NCBI GenBank assembly: GCA_029858555.1 | Contig: JAOUEU010000002.1 | Location: 1 to 41,918 of the forward strand | DNA: 41,918 nucleotides | DNA from: Candidatus Zixiibacteriota bacterium | GTDB taxonomy: Bacteria > Zixibacteria > MSB-5A5 > GN15 > FEB-12 | Direction: 5' to 3' | In this document: positions 9,276 to 18,717 of the stretch, piece by piece | Position numbering within the stretch: the first letter of the stretch is position 1 | How the letters are laid out: every line of letters starts with the position of its first letter | Notes under the pieces: model-generated | What the model was told of the DNA's origin: nothing | Database searches by the model: none | Seen by the model: only the letters and a program-made list of their open reading frames with translations | Program-made: the position numbers and the translations under genes

Positions 9276-10244
9276 CTACGAGAGGGCGGTCCGTTTGGCC
9301 GGGATCTTTGATTCGGTGATGCCCAGGGAAGCTTCAAGGGCTACGATGGCGACCTCCAGCTGGTCCATGGAAGGTTCCTTGGTGGTGATCCTTTGCAACC
9401 ATAGTCCCGGCGCGATCACTATCTGGGTTAACTTGTTGTGGCGCGTCTTCCCCGACAATTTCAGAAGTTCGTACGACGTGCCGGCCACCAGTGGCAGCAG
9501 GGTGAAGTGCATCGCAAACCGCGTCAGCAGTTGTGGGGGATGCCCGGTATGAATGGCGTAAATCGAATCGGAGACGGCGTACAGGATGATGGCAAAGAAC
9601 GCGACAATGAAGATGAAAGAGGTCCCGCACCGAGGGTGGAAGCGCGGATGGCAGGCAGCCCGCTCGGGGATAAGTTCATCGCCCATCTCGTAGGTGTAAA
9701 TCGATTTATGTTCGGCGCCATGGAACTGGAATATCCGCTTAAACTCGCCGAAAAGCGATATGCCCCAAACATACAGAACGAACATCGTCAGCCTGATACC
9801 GCCCGCCGCGAGGTTGAACCAGACGGCGTTCCTGTCGACCTTGAACAAAGTGGCGATGGCCAGGGGGAGAAAGAAAAAGATGAAGATACCCAGTGCCATG
9901 GCAAACAGCACCGTCAGGCCCAGCCACAACGCGTTTGTCTTGCGGGGCTTATGATCAGCCGCTTCGCCCTTCTTCGCGGCCTCCTCTTTTTCGGCTTCCT
10001 TCATGGCGATATCCGCCGAGAAGTTGAGTGTCCGGATTCCAATCACAAGCATCTCCACGAAAACCACCGCCCCGCGGACGATCGGGACATTCAGTAATTT
10101 GTAGCGCGAGGACAGCGAACGGTAATCCTCGGTCTTGACCATAATCTGGCCATCCGGGACGCGTACTGCCGTGGCGATCTTGTCCTTCGAGCGCATCATG
10201 ACACCTTCGATAACAGCCTGTCCGCCAACGTTCATATCCGGCAT
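9276..10244 (-). CDS. DUF1385 (YqhQ-like) membrane protein
   Basis: N-terminus GGQAVIEGVMMRS and ...FHGAEHK... with several TM helices are typical of DUF1385. This is its usual position between rpmE and prfA. Confidence 0.75.
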   Translation of the reverse strand: MPDMNVGGQAVIEGVMMRSKDKIATAVRVPDGQIMVKTEDYRSLSSRYKLLNVPIVRGAVVFVEMLVIGIRTLNFSADIAMKEAEKEEAAKKGEAADHKPRKTNALWLGLTVLFAMALGIFIFFFLPLAIATLFKVDRNAVWFNLAAGGIRLTMFVLYVWGISLFGEFKRIFQFHGAEHKSIYTYEMGDELIPERAACHPRFHPRCGTSFIFIVAFFAIILYAVSDSIYAIHTGHPPQLLTRFAMHFTLLPLVAGTSYELLKLSGKTRHNKLTQIVIAPGLWLQRITTKEPSMDQLEVAIVALEASLGITESKIPAKRTALS

Positions 10245-10309
10245 TACGAGTGTTCTCCTGCGCCTGAAGGGGTTGTGGTCCGGTACTCCAAATCCTGCCT
10301 TTTAACACA

Positions 10310-10340
10310 GACGGTGCTCATGTATAAAATACGCACCGTC
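10310..10340 (-). terminator. Hairpin after rpmE (8-bp stem GACGGUGC/GCACCGUC, 15-nt loop); possible terminator or attenuator
   Basis: Perfect 8-bp inverted repeat read from the sequence, 28 nt after the rpmE stop. It is followed only by a weak U-rich stretch (UGUGUUAAAA), so function is uncertain. Confidence 0.35.
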
Positions 10341-10367
10341 CGGCAATACCTGTGTGATTTACGTGAT

Positions 10368-10580
10368 TTATTTCTTCTCGTCCGCCAGCTTGTATTTGCG
10401 GCGGAAACGCTCCACGCGACCGGCCGTGTCTATCAGCTTCTGCTTGCCCGTGAAAAACGGATGGCAGTTGGAACAGATTTCAACGCTGATGTTGTCTCGA
10501 GTCGAGCGGGTCGGGTATTTAGCCCCGCAGGCACAGGTAATCACGGTCTCGTGGTAGTCGGGATGGATTTTCGGCTTCAA
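10368..10580 (-). CDS. rpmE: 50S ribosomal protein L31
   Basis: [22 protein letters not shown]...[23 protein letters not shown] is unmistakably L31. TTG start with GAGGTGA 5 nt upstream. Confidence 0.93.
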   Translation of the reverse strand: MKPKIHPDYHETVITCACGAKYPTRSTRDNISVEICSNCHPFFTGKQKLIDTAGRVERFRRKYKLADEKK

Positions 10581-10646
10581 TTATGTCACCTCTGTAAATC
10601 GTTCATTTTCTATAACAAATACGGGTTCCCCGTAAATATCGGAGAC

Positions 10647-10674
10647 CCAGCCCACCAATATACTGATTTTTCTC
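10647..10674 (-). promoter_or_regulatory. Candidate sigma70-like promoter for rpmE (TTGTCA-16 nt-TATATT)
   Basis: On the minus strand, TTGTCA (10674-10669), a 16-nt spacer and TATATT (10652-10647), about 65 nt upstream of the rpmE start. Confidence 0.35.
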
Positions 10675-10808
10675 GGTTTGACAAGGGCCATCTTGAAGAC
10701 CTTTATTAATGCCCGACAAGCTCTTACTTAACAGCCACTTATAAGAATCGCGTCAACCGCCGGGATGGCCCGTCGAACGCCTGGAACGGACATTCGCCAG
10801 GCCCGGAT

Positions 10809-11465
10809 TCACTTTCTGCCCATGACCGCCGACCAATAGTACTTCTTGTAAACCAGGCTCTTTACTGCGAATTCCGCTGACAGTATCTGCTCGAGTTCTT
10901 CCCTTTGGAAATAATTCTTGATAATGATGTATTCCTCCCCGCTGTTCAGGTATCGCCTTTTGTAGTTGTTGCCGTGCTCGTCGACCCGCTCCGAATCAAC
11001 GGTCGGACCTTCCGCCGGAGGGTTGTTGTCGATCATCCAGACAACCCCGCCGTCCTTCAATGGGAATCTTACCAATTCGGACAGGCCGCCGAAATCCTGG
11101 CGGGGGTGATGGGAAAACCAGAATCCCAGCACGACGCAGTCAAAGGAATTCTCCCTGAAGCAATGATCGAGCAGATCGGCGCACACGAAATGCGGCGGGG
11201 TGATGTATTCTTTTTTGGCGGCTTCGGCGATCATTTCTCTGGAAATGTCGGAAGCGACGACCATCCGGGCGCTGGCGGACATGACCTTTGTCCAGTAGCC
11301 GGTGCCGCAGGCCAGTTCCAGTACGGTTTTCCCGTCGGTCAGGTGCCGCAGGCGGTCGGCTTCGTCGTCGATCTCCCGCCGACGCTCCGGCACATCGCGA
11401 TAGTAAATCTGCTCGTATTCGGGCGCCCGCGCCCGGTAGTACCTGGACAGCTCCCAGTCAACCAT
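10809..11465 (-). CDS. Class I SAM-dependent methyltransferase
   Basis: Motif I VLELACGTGYWT followed by VVASDIS. Start moved to ATG 11465 (MVDWELSRYY), which overlaps the upstream stop as ATGGTTGA. Confidence 0.75.
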   Translation of the reverse strand: MVDWELSRYYRARAPEYEQIYYRDVPERRREIDDEADRLRHLTDGKTVLELACGTGYWTKVMSASARMVVASDISREMIAEAAKKEYITPPHFVCADLLDHCFRENSFDCVVLGFWFSHHPRQDFGGLSELVRFPLKDGGVVWMIDNNPPAEGPTVDSERVDEHGNNYKRRYLNSGEEYIIIKNYFQREELEQILSAEFAVKSLVYKKYYWSAVMGRK

Positions 11466-12087
11466 GTTGCTCCCGGAGGATGTCGGCCAGCTTGCGGCCC
11501 AGGGCAGCGGCTTCGGCCAGCGCGGCGGCGTTCTCTCGGACTCCGCCTTTGACTTTATAGTCATCAGAGTGGAAGATGAAGGTGCCTTCGTTGCTCACCT
11601 CGATCCACTTGAAGAACCCGGCCACCACTCGGCGCGCCCCCTCAAACCAGCCCTTTTCGCCGCCCACCAGCACCATTGCCCCCGGCCGCCTCTTTTTGAT
11701 GAGCCTGATAAAACTGTGCCTGGCGCTGTTGCCCGAAAAGTCGGCCGGGCGGAGGCAGTTGCAGCGGTCGATGAAAGCCTTGGCCTGTGAAGAGACCGTG
11801 TCAAAGTACAGCGGTGTGCCGAAAAGCAGGCAGTCGCAATCGGCCACTGTGTCATAGAGTCCGGTCAGGTCATCTTCGTAGAAGCAGAATTCGGGCGTGG
11901 GGGCTTTGCCGCACGACTGGCAGGGGACAAACTTCAATTCGTTCAGGCGCACGAAGGTGCCGTCGACCTGCCAGTCGCGGGGCAGATGGCCGGTAATGGC
12001 GTCCTTGATGTGCGCCAGCAGGAGGTCGGTCGACGACTCTTTCACCGGCGAGCCGGAAACTGCCAGGAGCTTAATCGAAGTCGGCAT
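11458..12087 (-). CDS. Flavodoxin-fold / NADPH-dependent FMN reductase-like flavoprotein
   Basis: IKLLAVSGSPVKESSTDLL...CDCLLFGTPLYFDTVSSQAKAFIDR matches the FMN-reductase/iron-sulfur-flavoprotein family pattern. ATG 12087 overlaps the ABC-F stop by 17 nt. Confidence 0.6.
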   Translation of the reverse strand: MPTSIKLLAVSGSPVKESSTDLLLAHIKDAITGHLPRDWQVDGTFVRLNELKFVPCQSCGKAPTPEFCFYEDDLTGLYDTVADCDCLLFGTPLYFDTVSSQAKAFIDRCNCLRPADFSGNSARHSFIRLIKKRRPGAMVLVGGEKGWFEGARRVVAGFFKWIEVSNEGTFIFHSDDYKVKGGVRENAAALAEAAALGRKLADILREQHG

Positions 12088-13953
12088 CCTCAAGCTCCTC
12101 CAGCCGGGCATAGAGTTCCAGCAGGGTTTCTTCGACCTGTTTTTTCCTTTCCGAAGCGTCGTGCAGCATTTCCCAGTCACTTCTGGGAATACCCTGGTTT
12201 ATTTCCCTTTCGAGACGGGCTGCCTCTCGCTCCTGGTTGACTATCCTGGCTTTGAGCGACTGCAGTTCCTTCTTGTAGCGACTGCGGCGCCGGGACTCCT
12301 CTTTGAACGCGCGATAGGTGTCTTTGGACTTGCTCTCCTTTGGTTTCGCGGTATCGACTGTTTCGGTTGTCTGCTCCCTGAACTCAGCGTAGTTGCCGTC
12401 GTACACCTTGATATGCCCGTCCGCGATGTGTGCGATCTTGTTGACGACCCGATCGAGAAAATAACGGTCGTGACTGACAACCAGGCAGCTTCCGTCATAA
12501 TCATTGAGCGCTTGTTCCAGAGCTTCACGAGAGTCGATGTCAAGATGATTGGTAGGCTCGTCGAAGATGATGAAATTGGCCGGATGGTAAAGAAGACGCG
12601 CCAGCGATAGTTTGGTCTTTTCTCCGCCCGAAAGCGAGCGCACGACTTTGAATCCGTCATCTCCGGTGAATCCGAAACGTCCCAGAAACGAGCGAATCCT
12701 GCCGATTTCAGCGCCCGGGTCCAATTCCCAGAGATTGTCAATGACGGTCAGGTCCGGTTTCAGGTCCGAAAGCTCCTGGTCGAAATACGCCACCTCGACG
12801 TTGTTGCCCAGCTTAATGTCACCCTCGATTGGCGCCAGCTCGCCGATGAGCGAACGCAATAAGGTGGTTTTGCCCGATCCATTGCGCCCGATGATGCCGA
12901 TCTTGTCGCCGCGGTAGAGGTCCAGGCCGATCCCGGCGACCACGGTCGTCGGGCCGTAGCCGACCGAAACGTTTTCCAGGGCCATGACGTGGGCATAGGA
13001 ACGGCCCGATGTATTCACGCGGATACTCGGACCCCTTCCATCCGTCTGCGGCGGCGGCAGGCGTTTGATGCGGCCCAGGTATTTCAGCTTGGACTGAGCC
13101 TGCTTGGTCTTCTGACCGGCCATATGACGCCGCACGAATTCCTCGAGACGTTTGATTTCCTCCTGCTGGTGCTTATATCGATGGGCATGCAGACGTCGCC
13201 GTTCCGCTCGTTCCCTGAGATACCCGTCAAAGCCGCAGGCATACTGGTCGAGCCGGCCCAGGTTTATCTCCCAAACTTTGGAAGTGACCGCGGTCAGGAA
13301 GGCCCTGTCGTGGGATACGGCAATATAGCTCTTGGCGGTGTTGTGCAGGTACTCCTCCAACCAGGTGGTGGATTCGATGTCGAGATTGTTGGTAGGCTCT
13401 CCAGCAACAGCAGGTTGCCTTTGCCCGCCAGGGCCCGGGCCAGAGCGGCCCGATTTTTCTCGCCGCCGGAGAAGTTCCTTACCAGGTCCCCGCGGCGTTC
13501 TTTCTCGAAACCGAGCCCGTCCAGGATCGCCGCAACTTCGTTCTCAAAGCTGAACCCGCCTTCGATTTCAAACTGGTTTTGAAGTTCCCCCAGCCGCTCG
13601 ACCCGTCGGTCGTCCCTGGGGTTTTCGGCCAGTTCGCTTTCCAGCCGGGCAATCTCGCGACGCATCCTCAGAAGGTCTTCGCGAGCCGAGGCCACGAATT
13701 CGAAGAGCGTCAGGTGGAGATACTCTTCTTTTTCCTGCTCGACATAGTCGATAGTGCAGGTTTTTGAGGCGGTGACCACGCCGCTGTCGGTCTCCATGCG
13801 ACCGGCCATGATTTCAAAAAGGGTGGTCTTGCCGCTGCCGTTTTTGCCCACCAGGCCTATTTGCTCGCCGCCCTGCAGAGTGAACGACACGTTGTCGAAG
13901 ATGACCTGGTCATCGAATTTCTTGCAGATGCGTTCTGCCGAAAGCAGGGTCAC
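12071..13953 (-). pseudogene. ABC-F family ATPase (two ABC domains plus C-terminal coiled coil) interrupted by a 1-nt frameshift in the first Walker B motif. This is either a real pseudogene or an assembly error.
   Basis: Track ORFs 13294..14037 and 12071..13360 overlap in different frames. Together they give Walker A GKNGSGKT, signature FSGGEKNR, a broken Walker B (LLLLE/SLPTIS versus expected LLLLDEPTNNLDIESTTWLEEY), then a second set GRNGSGKT / LSGGEKTK / IIFDEPTNHLD. Start is GTG 13953 with GGAGGA 6 nt upstream. Confidence 0.8.
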
Positions 13954-13955
13954 CT

Positions 13956-16025
13956 CTAATCCTCCGATACGACGCCGCGTGAAAGAAGAATCTCTATGAT
14001 GATAAAAACAGCCGCCAGCCACAAGAACAGCTGCCACAGTTCCTTGCCGAAACGCAGCTCCGCGACGGCCGCCGCCAGCTCCCGGTCGGTTTCCAGCAAC
14101 CGGTAGTCGTCGACTCCGATGGCCCGGGCAAATTCATCGGTGTCGGTTTCATCAAGATCGCACTCTTCGGGGTTGATGTTCACAGCGAAGCGGTCAATCT
14201 CGCGACCGAGGTAACTGACGCGGTAAAGACCCGCCTGGCCGGTCGGCCTGGCACGCAATACCAGCGCATTTTCTTCTTCTTCGGGCAGCAGGGAGTACAC
14301 GCTGCTGTCGGGGGCTGTCATCTCGAGCGATGTTTCCACGGCTCCCCTGATGGATAGGCTCCGCGTGATGTTGTCACCCACGAACAGGTGCAGGTCGTAA
14401 CTTGACAAATCGGCCGCCAGGTACTCGGCCACGCGAGAGATAAAGGGAACGAAAAAGGCATGGCCGGTCAGGTCGGAATATTGAGGCGATATCGGGCCGC
14501 TGAAAGTGAGCACCCGGCCGCCCAGGTAACTTGATTCGATCAGCGCCGGTCGATCGCCGGAAAAAAGAAGCAGGGTGCGGGCATTGTCCTCAAGATGCAA
14601 ACGGGGCAGAGTATAAAATTTGATTTCGGGTGGTTGGTTGCGTTCAAAACCGAACACCGAAAAGATGGGGTGGTCGACATCGACCGATTTAAAAGTGTAA
14701 TAACCGGCCCGTGAAAAATCCTTCCTGGCCGGCTCGTCGAAGACGACTCCGGCCAGCGACGACCAGGTGGTGTTGAAGTATTCGATATCCGTCTGACCGT
14801 CATATGTCAGAAACAGCGCCTTGCCCATGCCTGCGAAGGACTTCAGGCGCTTCACATAGCTGTCCGCCAGGACCGGCACGCCATCCAGTATCACGGCATC
14901 GTAATCGAAGAAATTGACTCCGGGCAGATCCTCCGGAGTGGTCTGTTTGACCGACCAGTACTGGTTGCTGGAGGTCGCCGGCACCAGCGCCAGGGAGATA
15001 AAGCGACCGGCCTCGGAGCCGCTTACGATCAGGATATTGAATCTCTCGGGGATCCTGAAGCTGAAGTAGTAGCGGTTGTCGGCCATGAACTTGTCATCGG
15101 AGATTTCGACGTATCCTGAGTGAAAGCCCGTACGCGACACGGCCCGCTTGAAGCGCACGACGGTCTCGCTCGTGGCGCCGACGGCAAAGTCGGTCTGGGC
15201 AATGCGGTTATCGTTCAGAAACAACGAAGCGATGACGTTGCTGTGTTCTTCGTTGGCGTAGTTTTTGACGATGGCGGCCACCTCGAAATCATGTCCGGGA
15301 GTGAGGAGCTGGCCGCCGAAATCAACCGCCGTGATGCCGAGATTGCCATGGGCCTCGAGCGGCAGATCCACCAGATAGATGCGGGCATCGCCGTCTGCCA
15401 GGACCGGCCGGTTGGGCAGGGAATGGCGTTGCCGGTCGGTGATGATGTATATTTCCTTGTTCAGACTGGCGGCCTCGGCCAGCAGGTTTTTTGCGTTGTC
15501 CAGGGCTCCCTGAAGGTCGGCCTCGCCGGATCCGGCCTGCAGACGCTTGAGTTTCTCGACCGCTCTGGCCGGAGATCCAAAAGAAGGCTGCTCGCTGTCC
15601 TCCTGCGTCCGGTCAAGCGCTACCAGGCACACATCGTCCGCTTCGCCGAAAGTTTCCAGAAGCTGCTCCGTCCGTTGCCGCGCCAGCTCTATCAGCTTGC
15701 CGTCCGTGACATAGCGGCTCATCGATGCCGAGTTGTCAAAGAGAACCACCGCCGCCACGGATGCGTGTGAACCGACTCGGCCGCTCTCGGTGGTGGGTCT
15801 GGCAAAGGCCAGCACCACCGTGAAAATGATGAGCATGCGTAAAAGCAGCAGCAGCAGCTGGCGAATCTTCAGCCGCCGCACCTGACGACGCTGCATCGCC
15901 TTGAGGTGCCGCAACGACGAGAACTCGATAACCTTGACACGCCGTCTGAAAAAGAGATGAATCACCAGCGGTATCAGAGCTGCAACAGCTGCAATAAGAA
16001 CGGTGGCGTTGAGAAAACCAAACAT
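13956..16025 (-). CDS. BatA-type N-terminal double-TM domain / von Willebrand factor A domain membrane protein
   Basis: N-terminus MFGFLNATVLIAAVAALIPLVIHLFFRRR is the conserved BatA-like N-terminal domain. MIDAS motif VVLFDNSASMS, C-terminal TM helix, 689 aa. Confidence 0.7.
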   Translation of the reverse strand: MFGFLNATVLIAAVAALIPLVIHLFFRRRVKVIEFSSLRHLKAMQRRQVRRLKIRQLLLLLLRMLIIFTVVLAFARPTTESGRVGSHASVAAVVLFDNSASMSRYVTDGKLIELARQRTEQLLETFGEADDVCLVALDRTQEDSEQPSFGSPARAVEKLKRLQAGSGEADLQGALDNAKNLLAEAASLNKEIYIITDRQRHSLPNRPVLADGDARIYLVDLPLEAHGNLGITAVDFGGQLLTPGHDFEVAAIVKNYANEEHSNVIASLFLNDNRIAQTDFAVGATSETVVRFKRAVSRTGFHSGYVEISDDKFMADNRYYFSFRIPERFNILIVSGSEAGRFISLALVPATSSNQYWSVKQTTPEDLPGVNFFDYDAVILDGVPVLADSYVKRLKSFAGMGKALFLTYDGQTDIEYFNTTWSSLAGVVFDEPARKDFSRAGYYTFKSVDVDHPIFSVFGFERNQPPEIKFYTLPRLHLEDNARTLLLFSGDRPALIESSYLGGRVLTFSGPISPQYSDLTGHAFFVPFISRVAEYLAADLSSYDLHLFVGDNITRSLSIRGAVETSLEMTAPDSSVYSLLPEEEENALVLRARPTGQAGLYRVSYLGREIDRFAVNINPEECDLDETDTDEFARAIGVDDYRLLETDRELAAAVAELRFGKELWQLFLWLAAVFIIIEILLSRGVVSED

Positions 16026-16027
16026 GA

Positions 16028-17929
16028 TCAGTTGCTGTAAGCCTCGTCGAGATACTTATGGGCTTCTTTTTGGTGGTAATCGGCGGATGGAAGGGCCAGC
16101 ACCTGGCCGTAGTGCGCACGGGCGTTCTGACGGTCACCCGTCAGGTCATACACCTTGCCCAACCACAGATTAATCATGCCCAGATAAAAAGGGCGGGATT
16201 CGAGGAAAAGGGCTGCCTGTAGGTAGTTAAGGGCATCATCGTATTCTGCCAGCCCCGCGCTGGCGATACCCGCCCACATCTGCGATGACGGCGAAGCATT
16301 GTCAACCGCCAGAACCTGCTCGAATACCTGCCTGGCCTGGTTCAGGTAGGTCGTGGCGCGAAGCCGATCCGCCTCCTCCGGCGACCTTTTGAGTATGTGA
16401 CCCAGCAGTACGCGGCTTTCACCCTCGGCCGATTTGTTGTCGCTCGCCTCCACGATTTCCGTCAAGTACTGCGCGGCCGTCTTGTCGTCGTTCTGATAGA
16501 AATAATAACTGGCCAGGTTGAACTTGACCATCGGGTTCTCCGGATCCATCTCCAGAGCTTTGGTATAATCGGCCAGCGCCTCCCGGTAATAGCCGTTCAT
16601 CATGCGATAACTGCCCTGGGCCATCCATTCGGACGCCGAAGTATCCATCAGGGCTGTGAGCGCCAGCTGAACCGATGTGGCGGCGTAGTAGTCTCCGTTG
16701 AAAAAGTAGGCTCGTTTCAAGGCCGACAGCGTCCTGAGCGAATCCGCCGTGTTGACGGCGTACTCCGCAGCCGCGCGGCAGTATTTCAGCATGGCCCGGT
16801 AATTGAACATCATCTCGGACAAATACGCCTGATAAGCAAGATCGCGGTAATTAATCGTGGCTGTGTCCACATAATGTCTCCATTCGGCCTCGAGCTCTTC
16901 GAGGCTCTTGCCGTAGACTTCCTCGAGCTTGGTGGACAGGTTCAGATCATCGGCCTCCTGGTACAGCTTCGAGAACTCTTCGAGATTATACGTGTCGATC
17001 AGGAATCTGACGAAAGAGGCCGACGTCCGATCGGCGATGTACGGATCCGTGTGGAAATACTGATAAGTGTTCAGCAAACCCGACAACGACAGATCCGGCG
17101 ATTGACGGAAAATCCCCTTGGTGTCAAAAACTGCCACCGAGAGGTAGTTGGCCAGACCTTCCGATAGGAATGGAGGCGCGTAACCCCAGTTACGCATGAC
17201 GGCGGTAAGTATCACCAGGAAAGGGTCCGCCGAATTCATGAGATTGTTATAAATAGCGTAACCGACATTGCGCGTGGGATCCGAGGCCATACCGAAGCGC
17301 TTGTCCCAGATTACCGATTTGAGAGGGCACGGGCAGAGGAAGATCGAATACTTGCCGGGCAGATTGAAATTGAACATGGCCTGGAAGTTGCGGTATTGCG
17401 TCTCCATGAGTTCCTTGACCGACTCCCAGTAAAAATCACCCAGGGACTTGGGCACAAAATAAATGTCCGTGTTGGCCGTCGGCAGAAAGTCAAAAGTGCC
17501 CTTCATGTGGCGGTCAAAGGAACATTCCGTAAGATCGATCGCAGCTTCTCGCACTGGTGTCACGATCAAAGAGTAAAGGACTTCGTTCTTGCCCCTGATG
17601 CCGTCCAGCCTGGCAGGGAGTCCGTATTCCGCGGTGAATGAGCGCGCGTATGTGTTGGCCGATGCCCCCAGAGTGACGATATGCACGTCAAACGACGTCC
17701 GGGCGCTGTCCAGATCCTTTATCTCGATGTCGATCGAAAAGGAGGTTAAAAAGCCGGTGGTCAAAACGCCCTTCAGCAACTCGACGGTGTCGGCCATGAG
17801 CAGGACGTCATCGTTGCGGCTCGTATCAAACTGGTATACCGCCAATTCGCATTCCACACCCGGCTCGGCCTTTGCCCCCCATGCGGCCAGAAGAAAGGCG
17901 GCCAGCAATATTGTGATGTTTTTTTTCAT
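16028..17929 (-). CDS. Exported protein with unknown N-terminal domain and C-terminal TPR repeats
   Basis: Signal peptide MKKNITILLAAFLLAAWGAKA. The C-terminal half has repeated A..Y..AL...P TPR-like units. No HExxH motif found. The stop lies 2 nt before the BatA-like start. Confidence 0.6.
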   Translation of the reverse strand: MKKNITILLAAFLLAAWGAKAEPGVECELAVYQFDTSRNDDVLLMADTVELLKGVLTTGFLTSFSIDIEIKDLDSARTSFDVHIVTLGASANTYARSFTAEYGLPARLDGIRGKNEVLYSLIVTPVREAAIDLTECSFDRHMKGTFDFLPTANTDIYFVPKSLGDFYWESVKELMETQYRNFQAMFNFNLPGKYSIFLCPCPLKSVIWDKRFGMASDPTRNVGYAIYNNLMNSADPFLVILTAVMRNWGYAPPFLSEGLANYLSVAVFDTKGIFRQSPDLSLSGLLNTYQYFHTDPYIADRTSASFVRFLIDTYNLEEFSKLYQEADDLNLSTKLEEVYGKSLEELEAEWRHYVDTATINYRDLAYQAYLSEMMFNYRAMLKYCRAAAEYAVNTADSLRTLSALKRAYFFNGDYYAATSVQLALTALMDTSASEWMAQGSYRMMNGYYREALADYTKALEMDPENPMVKFNLASYYFYQNDDKTAAQYLTEIVEASDNKSAEGESRVLLGHILKRSPEEADRLRATTYLNQARQVFEQVLAVDNASPSSQMWAGIASAGLAEYDDALNYLQAALFLESRPFYLGMINLWLGKVYDLTGDRQNARAHYGQVLALPSADYHQKEAHKYLDEAYSN

Positions 17930-17981
17930 TTCTCCTTATACAGTCCGGACGGAAAAAGTGTCTTGACGACCCCGGCGGCGG

Positions 17982-18710
17982 TCACTCTGATTCCTTGACC
18001 AGACGGCCGTCCCGCAGGACGGGCAGAACCGGCATTGAATCCACGTTGGCGGCAATCTCGACATCGCCGGCAAAACCGATGGACGCCAGGTAGCGACCGT
18101 GCTCGCCCTGTTCGATGGTCCTCTTTACGGCTGATTTATTGCTCCGGTACAGCAGCAAGGCCAGCGAGGCGGCATCGTTGAGGTCCAGCTTCCGGTCGTA
18201 ACGAGTCGCCAGGGTGTGGATAAGCATGCCGCCGCAGACGGTATCTTCGATGGAAAAACTGCCCTCGTTGCCCGTGCAGGCGATGGCAACGTCGTCAACG
18301 TCTCGGCTCAGACGCTCCGCGGTTTTTGAGATGTTGACCAGCCCTCCGCATATCACAGGTGAGGCATTGCGCGTCCTGATGTAGACGGCGGTGCCGTTGG
18401 TGGTGGTCATCACGACGAACTTGCCCCCGACCGCCTGGCGCGTAAATTCCGCCGGCGAATTGCCCAACTGGAAGTTATCTATTTTGACGCCATGCCGCTC
18501 ACCGGCCAGTATGGCCATGTCACCGCCCAACTTAGCCCACATTTCGCCGGCCTCACCGGGACCGTCGGTCGGTATCACGCCCCTGGCGCCGGCCCAGAGG
18601 GCGGCGCACACCGAGGTCGAACTGCGAAGAACATCTATGACGACTACGGCCTTGTTGTTGAGGTCCGCCTTGAGCAGCGGCACCGGTGTCAGATACAACT
18701 CGATCTTCAT
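17982..18710 (-). CDS. comB: 2-phosphosulfolactate phosphatase family protein (ComB-like)
   Basis: VVVIDVLRSSTSVCAALWAGA...GERHG.KIDNFQLGNSP is the ComB family signature region. 242 aa. Confidence 0.7.
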   Translation of the reverse strand: MKIELYLTPVPLLKADLNNKAVVVIDVLRSSTSVCAALWAGARGVIPTDGPGEAGEMWAKLGGDMAILAGERHGVKIDNFQLGNSPAEFTRQAVGGKFVVMTTTNGTAVYIRTRNASPVICGGLVNISKTAERLSRDVDDVAIACTGNEGSFSIEDTVCGGMLIHTLATRYDRKLDLNDAASLALLLYRSNKSAVKRTIEQGEHGRYLASIGFAGDVEIAANVDSMPVLPVLRDGRLVKESE

Positions 18711-18717
18711 GTCCCGC

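Noticed and set aside
13384-13394. Programmed ribosomal frameshifting in the ABC-F gene.
   Set aside because: There is no slippery heptamer (the site is CUG GAG AGC) and I saw no stimulatory structure. The break removes the catalytic Walker B Asp. A simple 1-nt deletion or assembly error is more parsimonious.
17919-17929. An A8 homopolymer directly after the start codon of the exported TPR gene (ATGAAAAAAAAC) as a possible phase-variation tract.
   Set aside because: It simply encodes the Lys-Lys-Asn of a signal-peptide n-region. The tract is short for slipped-strand switching, and a single sequence offers no population evidence.
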